A stretch of 32,308 bases of DNA, from the IMG/VR virus record IMGVR_UViG_3300009179_000007, positions 1-32,308 of that record; one strand, given 5' to 3'. A model generated the notes under the pieces. The model was not told the origin of the DNA. It saw only the letters and a program-made list of their open reading frames with translations, and did not search any database. Each line of letters starts with the position of its first letter. Positions within the stretch are counted from its first letter, which is position 1. A program made the position numbers and the translations under genes. Shown here one piece after another: positions 1-8,440 of the stretch. The stretch is from a virus (lineage: Duplodnaviria > Caudoviricetes).

Positions 1-1
1 C

Positions 2-43
2 AAGACCGAGTTCTTCAATCTGATCAAATCACAAGGGTTTTAA
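2..43 (+). CDS. folE: C-terminal end of probable GTP cyclohydrolase I (partial, runs off the left edge)
   Basis: Frame reads KTEFFNLIKSQGF*, resembling the FolE C-terminal 'xEFLxLI' helix, and lies directly upstream of queD/dpdA/queE. Only 13 codons are visible. Confidence 0.45.
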   Translation, partial: KTEFFNLIKSQGF

Positions 44-46
44 GAC

Positions 47-391
47 ATGGCGAATAGAAAGATAATCTGGGTCACTTTTCAACGCGCGGGGTTTCATAGA
101 TACCCCGATGCTCCCGATGATGTTCGTTATCTGGCTTACGAGCATCGTCATCTGTTCAAGTTCAAAGTGGGCATCGAGGTTTTCCATGATGATAGGGAGA
201 TCGAGTTTCATCAGTTCTTAAGGTGGCTCGAAAGTCTTTACGCCGAAACTCTCGTTCTCGATCATCGTTCTTGCGAGATGATTGCCGATGAATTGGCACA
301 AGTCATTCAATCTCGATATCCCAATCGCGACCTCGAGATCGAGGTCTCCGAAGACGGCGAGTGCGGTGTCTTCGCCACTTACAGTAAGTGA
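47..391 (+). CDS. queD: QueD-like 6-carboxy-5,6,7,8-tetrahydropterin synthase (phage type)
   Basis: GFHRYP, EHRHLF (metal-binding His), SCEMIA and C-terminal EVSEDGECG are typical of phage T-fold QueD-like proteins. Deazaguanine gene context agrees. Confidence 0.8.
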   Translation: MANRKIIWVTFQRAGFHRYPDAPDDVRYLAYEHRHLFKFKVGIEVFHDDREIEFHQFLRWLESLYAETLVLDHRSCEMIADELAQVIQSRYPNRDLEIEVSEDGECGVFATYSK

Positions 392-398
392 TAACAAG

Positions 399-1799
399 AT
401 GATTAAACCTGTCAATAACTTAACATCAGAATTTGTCTTTAGTGCTCCTTCCTATCTGCGAATCATAACGCATGGTAGATTACGAACCGTCCCGCATCTA
501 AAGGAATTGACGGATAGAATCGTAACCGACGGCATCATGCGTATCAAAGAAGAGTTGAAGGAGATCGATTATCCGATGATGATCAGTATTCTTTTCAACG
601 CTTTTACCGAGAAGAACTATCTCGAGCGAATACTCGCGTCGGGTAAGTTCGGATTCGATCGAGTCTATGCCGACTCGGGTGGATTGCAGATGATTACTCT
701 TGGGATGACGGCGAATCATCAAGCCAAGCAAGACGTCTATGCTATTCAAGCTAAAACCGATTTGGCTATGTGCTTCGATGAGATACCGATCAAGAATGAG
801 AAGATGGTCGGGCGAGCCGGGTATCTGGATAAGGTCTTCATGTATGAAGAACATGCGAAGTGCGCTTTAGAAACCTGCTATAATGTGATTTCTCAGATCG
901 ATTACTTCAGAAAGGTGGGGTCTTCGACCAAGGTATTCTTTATCGTACAAGGTAACACCTACAGCGACATGAGCGAGTGGTTCGAAATAGCCACGAAGAC
1001 GATACCCAAAGATTACTGGGATCACATCGGTGGGTTGGCTATCGGAGGTGTCTGCCTGGGATACGGGCAGAGAGAAGATGTCGAGAAGATTGCTATCTAT
1101 CGTCAGTTAAGAGATGACTTCGGCGTCGAGTATACCAAGAAGCATCTGCATATCCTGGGTGTGGGATCGGTGATGCGACTGCAACCGCTGATCATCCTAC
1201 GCAATACGGGACTGGTTCCCGAAGATACTCACGTATCTTACGACTCCACCACTTTGAGCATGGCGTATACCTACGGTAACTTCATGGATAAAGATGGTGA
1301 CATTCAGAGAGATACCCCGCTTTGGGAAAGCAACTTCCGAAACTATTATGATACCATCACACCCATCTATCTCGATTACGGATACACGCAGGCGGATATC
1401 GACTTTTATTATCACCAAGTCGTTAAAGACATGCTGTGTCATGATAAAATCTATTGCGATCATGAAGATGATCGACTAAGAGTTTTCCACCATTGCTTTA
1501 CCGCGCTGTCTAATGTCTGGCAGATCATCAACTTCACGCATTGCTTGCATCGCATTTATGTGAATTGGGATCAAGGTAACGACCCCATTGGGATGCTGAA
1601 GCTCGTAAAGGACCTGGATTCCTTCTACGAGTGGGAGAAGGTATACGGTTCAATGGTGCCATCGAAACGCCTCACTCGAAAGAAAGCATCTATGCTCGAG
1701 GAGATGGTTTCCGGAGAAACCAATGGAGAGAAGGTGGTTTTACCAAGAGTAACCAACAAGCGTTCAAAAGGATCACTATCAGCTTTCTGGGAGGATTGA
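399..1799 (+). CDS. dpdA: DpdA / tRNA-guanine-transglycosylase-like protein (7-deazaguanine DNA insertion enzyme)
   Basis: TGT-fold motifs YADSGGLQ, CFDEIP, IVQG, HLHILGVG and SYDSTT. Flanked by queD and queE. Start moved to ATG 399, after the queD stop. Confidence 0.8.
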   Translation: MIKPVNNLTSEFVFSAPSYLRIITHGRLRTVPHLKELTDRIVTDGIMRIKEELKEIDYPMMISILFNAFTEKNYLERILASGKFGFDRVYADSGGLQMITLGMTANHQAKQDVYAIQAKTDLAMCFDEIPIKNEKMVGRAGYLDKVFMYEEHAKCALETCYNVISQIDYFRKVGSSTKVFFIVQGNTYSDMSEWFEIATKTIPKDYWDHIGGLAIGGVCLGYGQREDVEKIAIYRQLRDDFGVEYTKKHLHILGVGSVMRLQPLIILRNTGLVPEDTHVSYDSTTLSMAYTYGNFMDKDGDIQRDTPLWESNFRNYYDTITPIYLDYGYTQADIDFYYHQVVKDMLCHDKIYCDHEDDRLRVFHHCFTALSNVWQIINFTHCLHRIYVNWDQGNDPIGMLKLVKDLDSFYEWEKVYGSMVPSKRLTRKKASMLEEMVSGETNGEKVVLPRVTNKRSKGSLSAFWED

Positions 1800-2701
1800 T
1801 GAAAATTCGACTATCCGAGATTTTTGCAAGCGTTCAAGGTGAAGGCAGATTTACTGGGATGCCCACCATATTCATCAGGTTTTTTGGTTGTAATTTGAAA
1901 TGCGACGGATTCGGGCAGAAGTGCCCGACAGATCCATCGACCTACATCTTGCCTTATAAGGATTTGGACATATCTCGATATCTCTCTATGTCCGAGTTAC
2001 CGGTCTTCGAGTATGGCTGCGACTCCTCTTATTCTTGGTCTCCACGCTTTAAGAAGCTGGCTAAAGACTACAGCGTGTCCGAAGTCGTCGATGAGATTTT
2101 AAGAGTCGGTAGAGAGAGTCTCGGGCTAAGACTGCAAGAAGGCGAAGAAAGTTTAGATAACTGGACTCATACTCAAACCCGAATGCCGGCTCAAATCTGC
2201 TTTACCGGTGGTGAACCGATGATGCAGCAGAAAGCGATAGAACTCATCTTGAATGAGCTGGAGCACAGGAGCCTAAATCCCATTCAAGTCACTATCGAGA
2301 CGAATGCGACTAAAGAACTGGTGGATCGCTTCGGTGCTAATCTCTATACCAAGCATGTTCACATGAGCTGTTCACCCAAGCTCTATACGGTGAGTGGAGA
2401 ACAGGATGCTATCGATTACGGTATTCTGGCTTCTTACATCACCTATGCCGACTCGGGCGCCATCAAGTTCGTACACAACGGCAGTCAGGAAGCCTGGGAT
2501 GAAATCGACTCCAAAATGGACACGCTTAGAGACCTCATTCGAGGCGAGCCTTGGCAGCTTTGGATTATGCCGGTAGGCTCCGTTCTGGAGTCGCAATCTC
2601 CCGACTTTCTGAGTCGTGTAGTAACCGAGTCTCTAAGGAGAGGTTTCTGGATCAGTCATCGAGTACACATCTCTATCTTCGGTAACAAAGTGGGAACATG
2701 A
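1799..2701 (+). CDS. queE: 7-carboxy-7-deazaguanine synthase (radical SAM)
   Basis: SEIFASVQGEGRFTGMPTIFIRFFGCNLKC, FTGGEPMMQ, IETN, SPKL and RVHI motifs. ATG overlaps the dpdA stop (TGATG). Confidence 0.9.
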   Translation: MKIRLSEIFASVQGEGRFTGMPTIFIRFFGCNLKCDGFGQKCPTDPSTYILPYKDLDISRYLSMSELPVFEYGCDSSYSWSPRFKKLAKDYSVSEVVDEILRVGRESLGLRLQEGEESLDNWTHTQTRMPAQICFTGGEPMMQQKAIELILNELEHRSLNPIQVTIETNATKELVDRFGANLYTKHVHMSCSPKLYTVSGEQDAIDYGILASYITYADSGAIKFVHNGSQEAWDEIDSKMDTLRDLIRGEPWQLWIMPVGSVLESQSPDFLSRVVTESLRRGFWISHRVHISIFGNKVGT

Positions 2702-4116
2702 GTATGGAAGACATCTCTTTAGAAGATGTGGTCCTCCAAAATCTGATAACCAATGACGAGTTTTTAAGAAAGGCTATCCCTTACATCAAGGAAGAGTACT
2801 TCGCGGATCATATCAATCGTTGTATCTTCCGTTCGCTCAATGCCTACTTCCAGAAGAACAATCAAATTCCTAATCAAGCCATTCTGGCTATAGAGACCAA
2901 GGAAGACAACAGCATCTCTCACAAGGAAGTCGATGGTGTATTAAAAACCATCGGCAATATCTATCAAAGCGAGATGGTCGGCGATACCGAATGGCTGTCG
3001 AAGTCGGCGGAGAAATGGTGTCAAGACAGGGAGATGTATCTCTCTATCGTCAAAGCCATCGCGATCTATGATGGCACCGATAAGTCGCTGCTGCCTTCCG
3101 CCATCCCGGATATGATGAAGAGCGCCTTATCGGTCTCTTTTAACACGAGCATCGGGTTTGACTGGATAGACGATTCGGAAGACAGGTATGATCGTTATGA
3201 GTTGCCGCAAAATAAGATACCTTTCGATCTCGAAACATTGAACGATATCACTCTTGGTGGAATCACTCGAAAGACGCTATCCCTGATACTCGCCGGCGTT
3301 CATGTCGGTAAGACGCTATCTCTGGTTCATCTTGCAGCCGGTTATGCTCGTCTGGGTTATCAGGTACTCTATATCTCGATGGAGATGGATGAGAACGAGA
3401 TCTTACATCGAATAGACGCCAACATGATTAAGACCCCCATGCATCTCATCAGAGAGATGGGTAAGTCCAAATTCATGAAAAGAATGGACCACATCAAGTC
3501 CAAGGGGTACGGGCGAATCAAAGTCATTCAATTCCCGACTTCGGCGGCTCATGTGGGTCATTTCAAGAACACTATCAACGAACTGAACATGAAGATGAAC
3601 TGGATGCCCGATGTCGTCATAGTCGATTACATCGGTTGCGTGGCGTCCAATCGAATCAAGGTAGGATCGACTAACAGTCACTTCTATCTGAAGAGCGTAG
3701 CCGAAGAGATTCGAGCTATGGCTATCGAGTATAACATCGCTTGCTGGAGCGCGATGCAGCTTACTCGATCGGGTATGGGTTCTAACGATGTAGAGATGAC
3801 GGACATCGCCGAATCCATAGGTATCCCTGGAGTCTGCGATCTCATGCTCGCCGGAATGCGAAACGAGGAGACGGACTCTATCGGACAGATCATCTTCAAG
3901 CAGCTCAAAAACAGATTCAGAAAGATGCAGTATCGCCCCAAGTTCGTTTTAGGGTGCGACTTCGATCAGCAACTCTTCTATGATCTGTCTCAGAGCGAAC
4001 AAAATCTGGTCGCAGATACGGCAGCCGTTCAAATCGATTCTGCGAAGATTCAAGAGAAGTTCCAATCTAATAAGAGAAGAAAAGGTCGCTTCGAAAACGT
4101 CGATGTAGGAGAATAG
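2698..4116 (+). CDS. 41: T4 gp41-like replicative DNA helicase (DnaB family)
   Basis: Walker A AGVHVGKT, YISMEM, VIVDYI, SAMQLTRSG, DIAESIGIP and QLKNR motifs, with a gp41-like N-terminus. Confidence 0.93.
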   Translation: MSMEDISLEDVVLQNLITNDEFLRKAIPYIKEEYFADHINRCIFRSLNAYFQKNNQIPNQAILAIETKEDNSISHKEVDGVLKTIGNIYQSEMVGDTEWLSKSAEKWCQDREMYLSIVKAIAIYDGTDKSLLPSAIPDMMKSALSVSFNTSIGFDWIDDSEDRYDRYELPQNKIPFDLETLNDITLGGITRKTLSLILAGVHVGKTLSLVHLAAGYARLGYQVLYISMEMDENEILHRIDANMIKTPMHLIREMGKSKFMKRMDHIKSKGYGRIKVIQFPTSAAHVGHFKNTINELNMKMNWMPDVVIVDYIGCVASNRIKVGSTNSHFYLKSVAEEIRAMAIEYNIACWSAMQLTRSGMGSNDVEMTDIAESIGIPGVCDLMLAGMRNEETDSIGQIIFKQLKNRFRKMQYRPKFVLGCDFDQQLFYDLSQSEQNLVADTAAVQIDSAKIQEKFQSNKRRKGRFENVDVGE

Positions 4117-4119
4117 CTG

Positions 4120-4692
4120 ATGCTTAAAAAAGAATTTATCGATTTTGTCTATCAGAATAACATCATCCAGCTCGGAACGGTTCAACTAAAGAACGGTGAT
4201 TACTCGGATCACTTCTTCAACTTCGGTAGGGTGGATACGCCCGATGCTCTATTCCATCTATCGAAGTGGTTAGTCGAGTTGGTGGGCGATGTCGAGTTCG
4301 ATGCGGTTTTTACTTCGGCTTACAAGGGGATCACCGTTCAAACCGGTTTCGCTTTGGAGTATGGATACCAGTACCCACTCAAGAAGATCAGATTCGGATA
4401 TCAGAGAAAAGAAGAGAAGGCACACGGGGAAGAGGGGAAAGTAGTTGGTTATCAGCCGAAGAAAGGAGACAGAGTTCTTCTACTGGATGATGTCTTCACC
4501 ACCGGTTACAGCATCGATGAGATGATGAAATTTTTAAAAGGCTTCGGTGCCATCCCGGTTCTGGCGATGGTGTCGATACTTCGAGCCGACGAAAAGCTCT
4601 TCTCCAAATTCAAGAAACAGATTGGTATTCCGATTCGTTATCTCATCCACGATGATGAGATCACGGAAGTTTATAGAGACTACAGAGGTTGA
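4120..4692 (+). CDS. pyrE: Orotate phosphoribosyltransferase-like protein
   Basis: LKNGDYSDHFFNFG, AYKGI, RKEEKAHGEEG and the PRPP-binding motif VLLLDDVFTTGYS. Confidence 0.85.
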   Translation: MLKKEFIDFVYQNNIIQLGTVQLKNGDYSDHFFNFGRVDTPDALFHLSKWLVELVGDVEFDAVFTSAYKGITVQTGFALEYGYQYPLKKIRFGYQRKEEKAHGEEGKVVGYQPKKGDRVLLLDDVFTTGYSIDEMMKFLKGFGAIPVLAMVSILRADEKLFSKFKKQIGIPIRYLIHDDEITEVYRDYRG

Positions 4693-4696
4693 CATC

Positions 4697-4981
4697 ATGA
4701 AAAAATTGCTTTTGGTTGGTTTGCTGCTGTACTCCACTCTCGCGCCCGCGCAAGGGTATGGGCCACCTCCACGTTGGAATGGGCCCGCTTATCCGGAAGG
4801 TAGACATCATTATCCACCTCCCCCACCACGATATCACGAACACCATCGATATCATGAAAATTATCGATACGAAGGGCCCAGATTTCATCGCCCACCGCAC
4901 CCCTGGGGGTGCAACTGGAGCGGCAGGCACGGTTGGGACTGTCGCATTAGGGATACCGAGCGCCCCTACCCACGCTGGTAG
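4697..4981 (+). CDS. Small Pro/His/Arg/Tyr-rich protein with N-terminal signal peptide
   Basis: MKKLLLVGLLLYSTLAPAQG is a Sec-type signal with an A-P-A cleavage site, followed by a low-complexity tail. GAGG lies upstream of ATG 4697. Confidence 0.65.
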   Translation: MKKLLLVGLLLYSTLAPAQGYGPPPRWNGPAYPEGRHHYPPPPPRYHEHHRYHENYRYEGPRFHRPPHPWGCNWSGRHGWDCRIRDTERPYPRW

Positions 4982-5040
4982 GCGCTGACGCGGTGTAACA
5001 TTTTCGTGGAAATATTTTCGCAAAATTTTTCCTGAAAGGC

Positions 5041-5068
5041 TTGACATTCAGGATCGTTGTGTTATACT
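5041..5068 (+). promoter_or_regulatory. Sigma70-type early promoter
   Basis: TTGACA (5041-5046), 16-nt spacer, extended -10 TGnTATACT (5063-5068) and an AT-rich upstream element. A near-identical copy is at 19900. Confidence 0.8.
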
Positions 5069-5105
5069 ATGCACAAGAAGTAGGAAAACACAACGGAGAC
5101 CGAAG

Positions 5106-5279
5106 ATGACGCGCAAAACCTCGAAAACTGCCACTCACCGCCACGTTGCGAACTGCACTGTTAAGTTCTCCAACGTCAAACACAAGTTCGGGGGTGACAT
5201 GATTCGGGTAGTCTTTAGTAACGGCGAAGTGACCACTTTGTCCGCGAAGCGTTTCAACGAGCTGTTCACCGTAAACTGA
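5106..5279 (+). CDS. Hypothetical early protein (57 aa, absent from ORF track)
   Basis: GGAG RBS, then MTRKTSKTATHRHVANCTVKFSNVKHKFGGDMIRVVFSNGEVTTLSAKRFNELFTVN*. First gene after the promoter. Confidence 0.7.
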   Translation: MTRKTSKTATHRHVANCTVKFSNVKHKFGGDMIRVVFSNGEVTTLSAKRFNELFTVN

Positions 5280-5292
5280 TTGGAGCCTACCG

Positions 5293-5625
5293 ATGTTCAA
5301 CGTATCCGAAATCCGCGAGACCCTGAAGACCGCCGCCGCTGCTCAAGTGCAGCAATACTCGCAGTACCGCGGTCACTTCGATGACTATGTGCTGGTACGG
5401 GCTCGCAAGAACGTGAAGTCGAAGCTGGGTCAGTCTTTCGTGAAGGACGAGGTCGCGATTGCCCGTCCCACGATTTACGAACAGCAACGCACTCTCCCAA
5501 GCGGTCGGGTAAAGATTTATTACACCATCGTGGTGTGGTCCCTGACCAACCGTTGCGATACCCACGTGATACTGGACGAGATCCAGATTCTCGAAGACGT
5601 GAAACTTTCCCGAGACACGATTTAA
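5293..5625 (+). CDS. Hypothetical early protein
   Basis: GGAG RBS and tight operon packing. Confidence 0.7.
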   Translation: MFNVSEIRETLKTAAAAQVQQYSQYRGHFDDYVLVRARKNVKSKLGQSFVKDEVAIARPTIYEQQRTLPSGRVKIYYTIVVWSLTNRCDTHVILDEIQILEDVKLSRDTI

Positions 5626-5637
5626 GTGGAGACCGAG

Positions 5638-5832
5638 ATGGAAACTTCCGAACTGGTCCGTGCCATTGCGCTAAAAGCGGATTCTAATTCCCCGATGTGG
5701 GTTGCCTGGTCCAAACTGAATTTGGCTAAATTGGTAGATGCCGGTAAAGTGGACGAAGCGTGGGAGCTGCTGCTCGAAGCGGCTCGCGAATCGGTCCCGG
5801 AATTGGTTAAGTCTGTCGAAAACCAAGGGTGA
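5638..5832 (+). CDS. Hypothetical early protein
   Basis: GGAG RBS before ATG 5638; stop overlaps the next start (GTGA). Confidence 0.6.
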   Translation: METSELVRAIALKADSNSPMWVAWSKLNLAKLVDAGKVDEAWELLLEAARESVPELVKSVENQG

Positions 5833-6155
5833 GTGAAATGACGACTCTCAAGCAGATGTATTACCGCTACCTCGAAACCCAAGTACCTGGGTCGTTCTTC
5901 GAAGTAGATCTCTGCACCGGCAAGTACCTTTGCTGGTCGGTCCCTCACCAGCAGCAGTACACGATTTATAATTGGCTGGGCAAAGTCATGGGACAGGGGA
6001 TCAGCCAAACCAGGCGTTATGTTTGGTTGGGCAACAAGGGTGCGGTTTACGTGACTAAGTCATCTAAGTTCGAGAAGAAGGAAGCGGATGACACCGATAT
6101 CGTGCTCCCCATGAAAAAGTGGGTTTGGAAGACTTATTTTAACATCGACCTATGA
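5829..6155 (+). CDS. Hypothetical protein
   Basis: Coupled to the upstream stop within the operon. Confidence 0.6.
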   Translation: MSEMTTLKQMYYRYLETQVPGSFFEVDLCTGKYLCWSVPHQQQYTIYNWLGKVMGQGISQTRRYVWLGNKGAVYVTKSSKFEKKEADDTDIVLPMKKWVWKTYFNIDL

Positions 6156-6163
6156 GGTGAACC

Positions 6164-6349
6164 GTGACCGTAAAATTGTGGAAAGTGTATCTTTTCGTTC
6201 TGGTGATGGGAGTGGGCTGGGTTTTGAATGTAATCTCTCTTGCTAACCTGGCAATGGCGAATGCCCCTGTCGACACGATGTTCGTCCTCAAGATCATAGG
6301 CGTCTTCGCCGCCCCAATGGGGTCTATCCTCGGGTGGTTTTACTCATGA
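6164..6349 (+). CDS. Small membrane protein (two hydrophobic segments)
   Basis: GAGG RBS, two hydrophobic helices and an ATGA overlap with pth2. Confidence 0.65.
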   Translation: MTVKLWKVYLFVLVMGVGWVLNVISLANLAMANAPVDTMFVLKIIGVFAAPMGSILGWFYS

Positions 6350-6720
6350 TCAAACAGCTCATTATCATTCGCCGCGACCTCAAGATGAGGCGCGGTAAAG
6401 AGATCGCCCAAGGCGCTCATGCTGCCATGGCGTTTCTCACTTCGGTCATCTCACCAGAAGGGCATTTCAAGCGAGCCCTGACCTATAAAGAACTGCTCTG
6501 GATAGGCGGGTCTTTTACGAAGGTCGTACTGCAAGTCCACGATTGGGATGCTCTGATAAACGCTTTCCAACTCGCCCGAGAACACGGCATCGAGGCAAAA
6601 CTGATTACCGATAACGGAACAACCGAGTTCAACGGTGTTCCGACTGTTACCGCTCTCGCTATCGGTCCCGAAGATAGCGAGGTTTTAGATCCATTGTTCG
6701 GGAACCTGAAGCTTTACTAA
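6346..6720 (+). CDS. pth2: Peptidyl-tRNA hydrolase, Pth2 family
   Basis: KQLIIIRRDLKMRRGKEIAQGAHA, KVVL, ITDNGTTEF, TALAIGP and C-terminal LKLY are Pth2 signatures. Confidence 0.92.
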   Translation: MIKQLIIIRRDLKMRRGKEIAQGAHAAMAFLTSVISPEGHFKRALTYKELLWIGGSFTKVVLQVHDWDALINAFQLAREHGIEAKLITDNGTTEFNGVPTVTALAIGPEDSEVLDPLFGNLKLY

Positions 6721-6749
6721 ACTTTACTCTAACACAAGAGGTGAATATT

Positions 6750-8342
6750 ATGGCCAACAAGAACGTTTTTCGTACCAGCCGCTATGTTGCTCCTGCTCCT
6801 ACCGACACCGTGAATAACGCGGGTGGTGTGGCGTATGCTCTTGCCGATAAGGAGGCTCTGGCTCAGTTGGTGATGACCGGTACCTTTAACGGCACCTTCT
6901 ACACTTCGGCTGAGAATCAGATCGACAATGTCAAGAATCTGCTCGACAAGCTCGGTCCTGCCGAGGCGTCGTTCATTGCCAAGCTCGCTATCCACGCGCG
7001 CAAGCAGGGTTTTATGAAGGACACCCCGGCGTATCTGGTGGCGTGGTTGTCCAAGAACGGACCCGAGGTCTTCAAGACCGCTTTCGGGCATGTTATCGAT
7101 AATGGTAAGATGCTGCGCAACTTCGTGCAGATCATGCGTTCTGGTGCTATCGGACGCAAGTCTCTGGGTACCGCTCCGAAGACCATGGTGAAGAACTGGA
7201 TTTCCGGGTCTTCAACCAATCAGCTGATTCGCGCGAGCGTGGGTAACACTCCATCTCTGGCGGACATCATCAAGATGGTCCATCCGACTCCGATTAACCT
7301 GGCTCAGAATGCGCTGTTCCAGTGGATCCTGAACGGCAAGGTGGATGCCGACTCCTATCATTATCTGCCGCAGACGGTCAAGGATCTGATGGCGTTCCGT
7401 TCGGGCGATAGCAAGGAGATGCCGAACGTGCCGTTCGAGCTTTTGACTTCTTGCGAGTTGTCAGTTGACAACTGGAAGGACATCGCGCGCAATGCGGGCT
7501 GGCATATGACTCGAATGAACCTCAACACCTTCGAGCGCAAGGGTCTTTTCAAGGATCCGGAAATGGTCTACACCATCGCCGACAAGCTGCAGGACACCAG
7601 TCAGATCGTGAAGGCTAAGGTGTTCCCGTATCAGATCTTCACCTCATGGATGAATGCGACGAGTGCGCCGGTTCCGATTCGCGAGGCTCTGGAGAAGGCT
7701 CTGGATTTCTCTCTCCAGACCGTTCCGGTCTTCGACGGTAAGACTTACATCTTCGTGGATGTCAGCGGCTCCATGAACAGCCCGATTACCGGACATCGTG
7801 CTGGAGCGACTTCGAACATGCGTTGCGTGGATGTGGCGGCTTTGATTGCGTCTTCGTTGATGCGCGCCAATGCAGGTAATGTGGAAGTGACTATGTTCGA
7901 CACTCGCATCCATCCCGGTACGACTCTGCGTCCTACGGCGTCGGTTATGGAGAACGCCCGTATTATCGCGAAGTTCGGTGGTGGTGGAACGTCTTGCCAG
8001 TTGCCGATGCAGGATCTGGTCTATCGCAAGAAGAAGGGTGATCTGATCATCTACATCAGCGACAACGAGAGCTGGTTCACTCTCAGGCAGAACGCTTGGG
8101 GCGGTAACCACGGCACCGAGACTGCGCAGGCCTGGGCTGACTTTAAGGCGTACAATCCGAAGGCTAAGATGGTTTGCATCGATCTTCAGCCGGGGATGAC
8201 CACTCAGGTGCAGTCGGACCCGCGAGTTTTGAATGTGGGCGGGTTCAGCGATGCGGTTTACGATGTAATCGCTAACTTCGCTTCTCAGTCCGCGGACAAG
8301 GACTTCTGGATTAAGGAGATCGAAGCCTCGGTGACTATCTGA
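6750..8342 (+). CDS. Ro60/TROVE-domain RNA-binding protein with C-terminal vWA domain
   Basis: N-terminal NNAGGVAY, TGTFNGTFY and RMNLNTFER, plus vWA MIDAS motif DVSGSM, GGGTSC and ISDNESW. Confidence 0.9.
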   Translation: MANKNVFRTSRYVAPAPTDTVNNAGGVAYALADKEALAQLVMTGTFNGTFYTSAENQIDNVKNLLDKLGPAEASFIAKLAIHARKQGFMKDTPAYLVAWLSKNGPEVFKTAFGHVIDNGKMLRNFVQIMRSGAIGRKSLGTAPKTMVKNWISGSSTNQLIRASVGNTPSLADIIKMVHPTPINLAQNALFQWILNGKVDADSYHYLPQTVKDLMAFRSGDSKEMPNVPFELLTSCELSVDNWKDIARNAGWHMTRMNLNTFERKGLFKDPEMVYTIADKLQDTSQIVKAKVFPYQIFTSWMNATSAPVPIREALEKALDFSLQTVPVFDGKTYIFVDVSGSMNSPITGHRAGATSNMRCVDVAALIASSLMRANAGNVEVTMFDTRIHPGTTLRPTASVMENARIIAKFGGGGTSCQLPMQDLVYRKKKGDLIIYISDNESWFTLRQNAWGGNHGTETAQAWADFKAYNPKAKMVCIDLQPGMTTQVQSDPRVLNVGGFSDAVYDVIANFASQSADKDFWIKEIEASVTI

Positions 8343-8389
8343 ATAAATAGTGTGATGGATCACACTAAAAAATTTAAACACTAAATTTG

Positions 8390-8426
8390 AAGGGTGCATG
8401 GTCCTAAAGACTGTGCACCCTTTTTT
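8390..8426 (+). terminator. Rho-independent terminator after the Ro60 gene
   Basis: AAGGGTGCATGGTC-CTAAA-GACTGTGCACCCTT hairpin followed by a T-run. Confidence 0.8.
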
Positions 8427-8440
8427 ATTCGGAGAACAAC

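Noticed and set aside
282-398. N-terminal extension of the dpdA ORF given in the track
   Set aside because: It overlaps queD in another frame; ATG 399 just after the queD stop is the more plausible start.
1631-1798. N-terminal extension of the queE ORF given in the track
   Set aside because: It overlaps dpdA; QueE similarity starts at ATG 1799 (TGATG coupling).
8351-8364. TGTGA-N4-TCACA as a CRP site
   Set aside because: CRP needs a 6-nt spacer; it is kept only as an unexplained palindrome.
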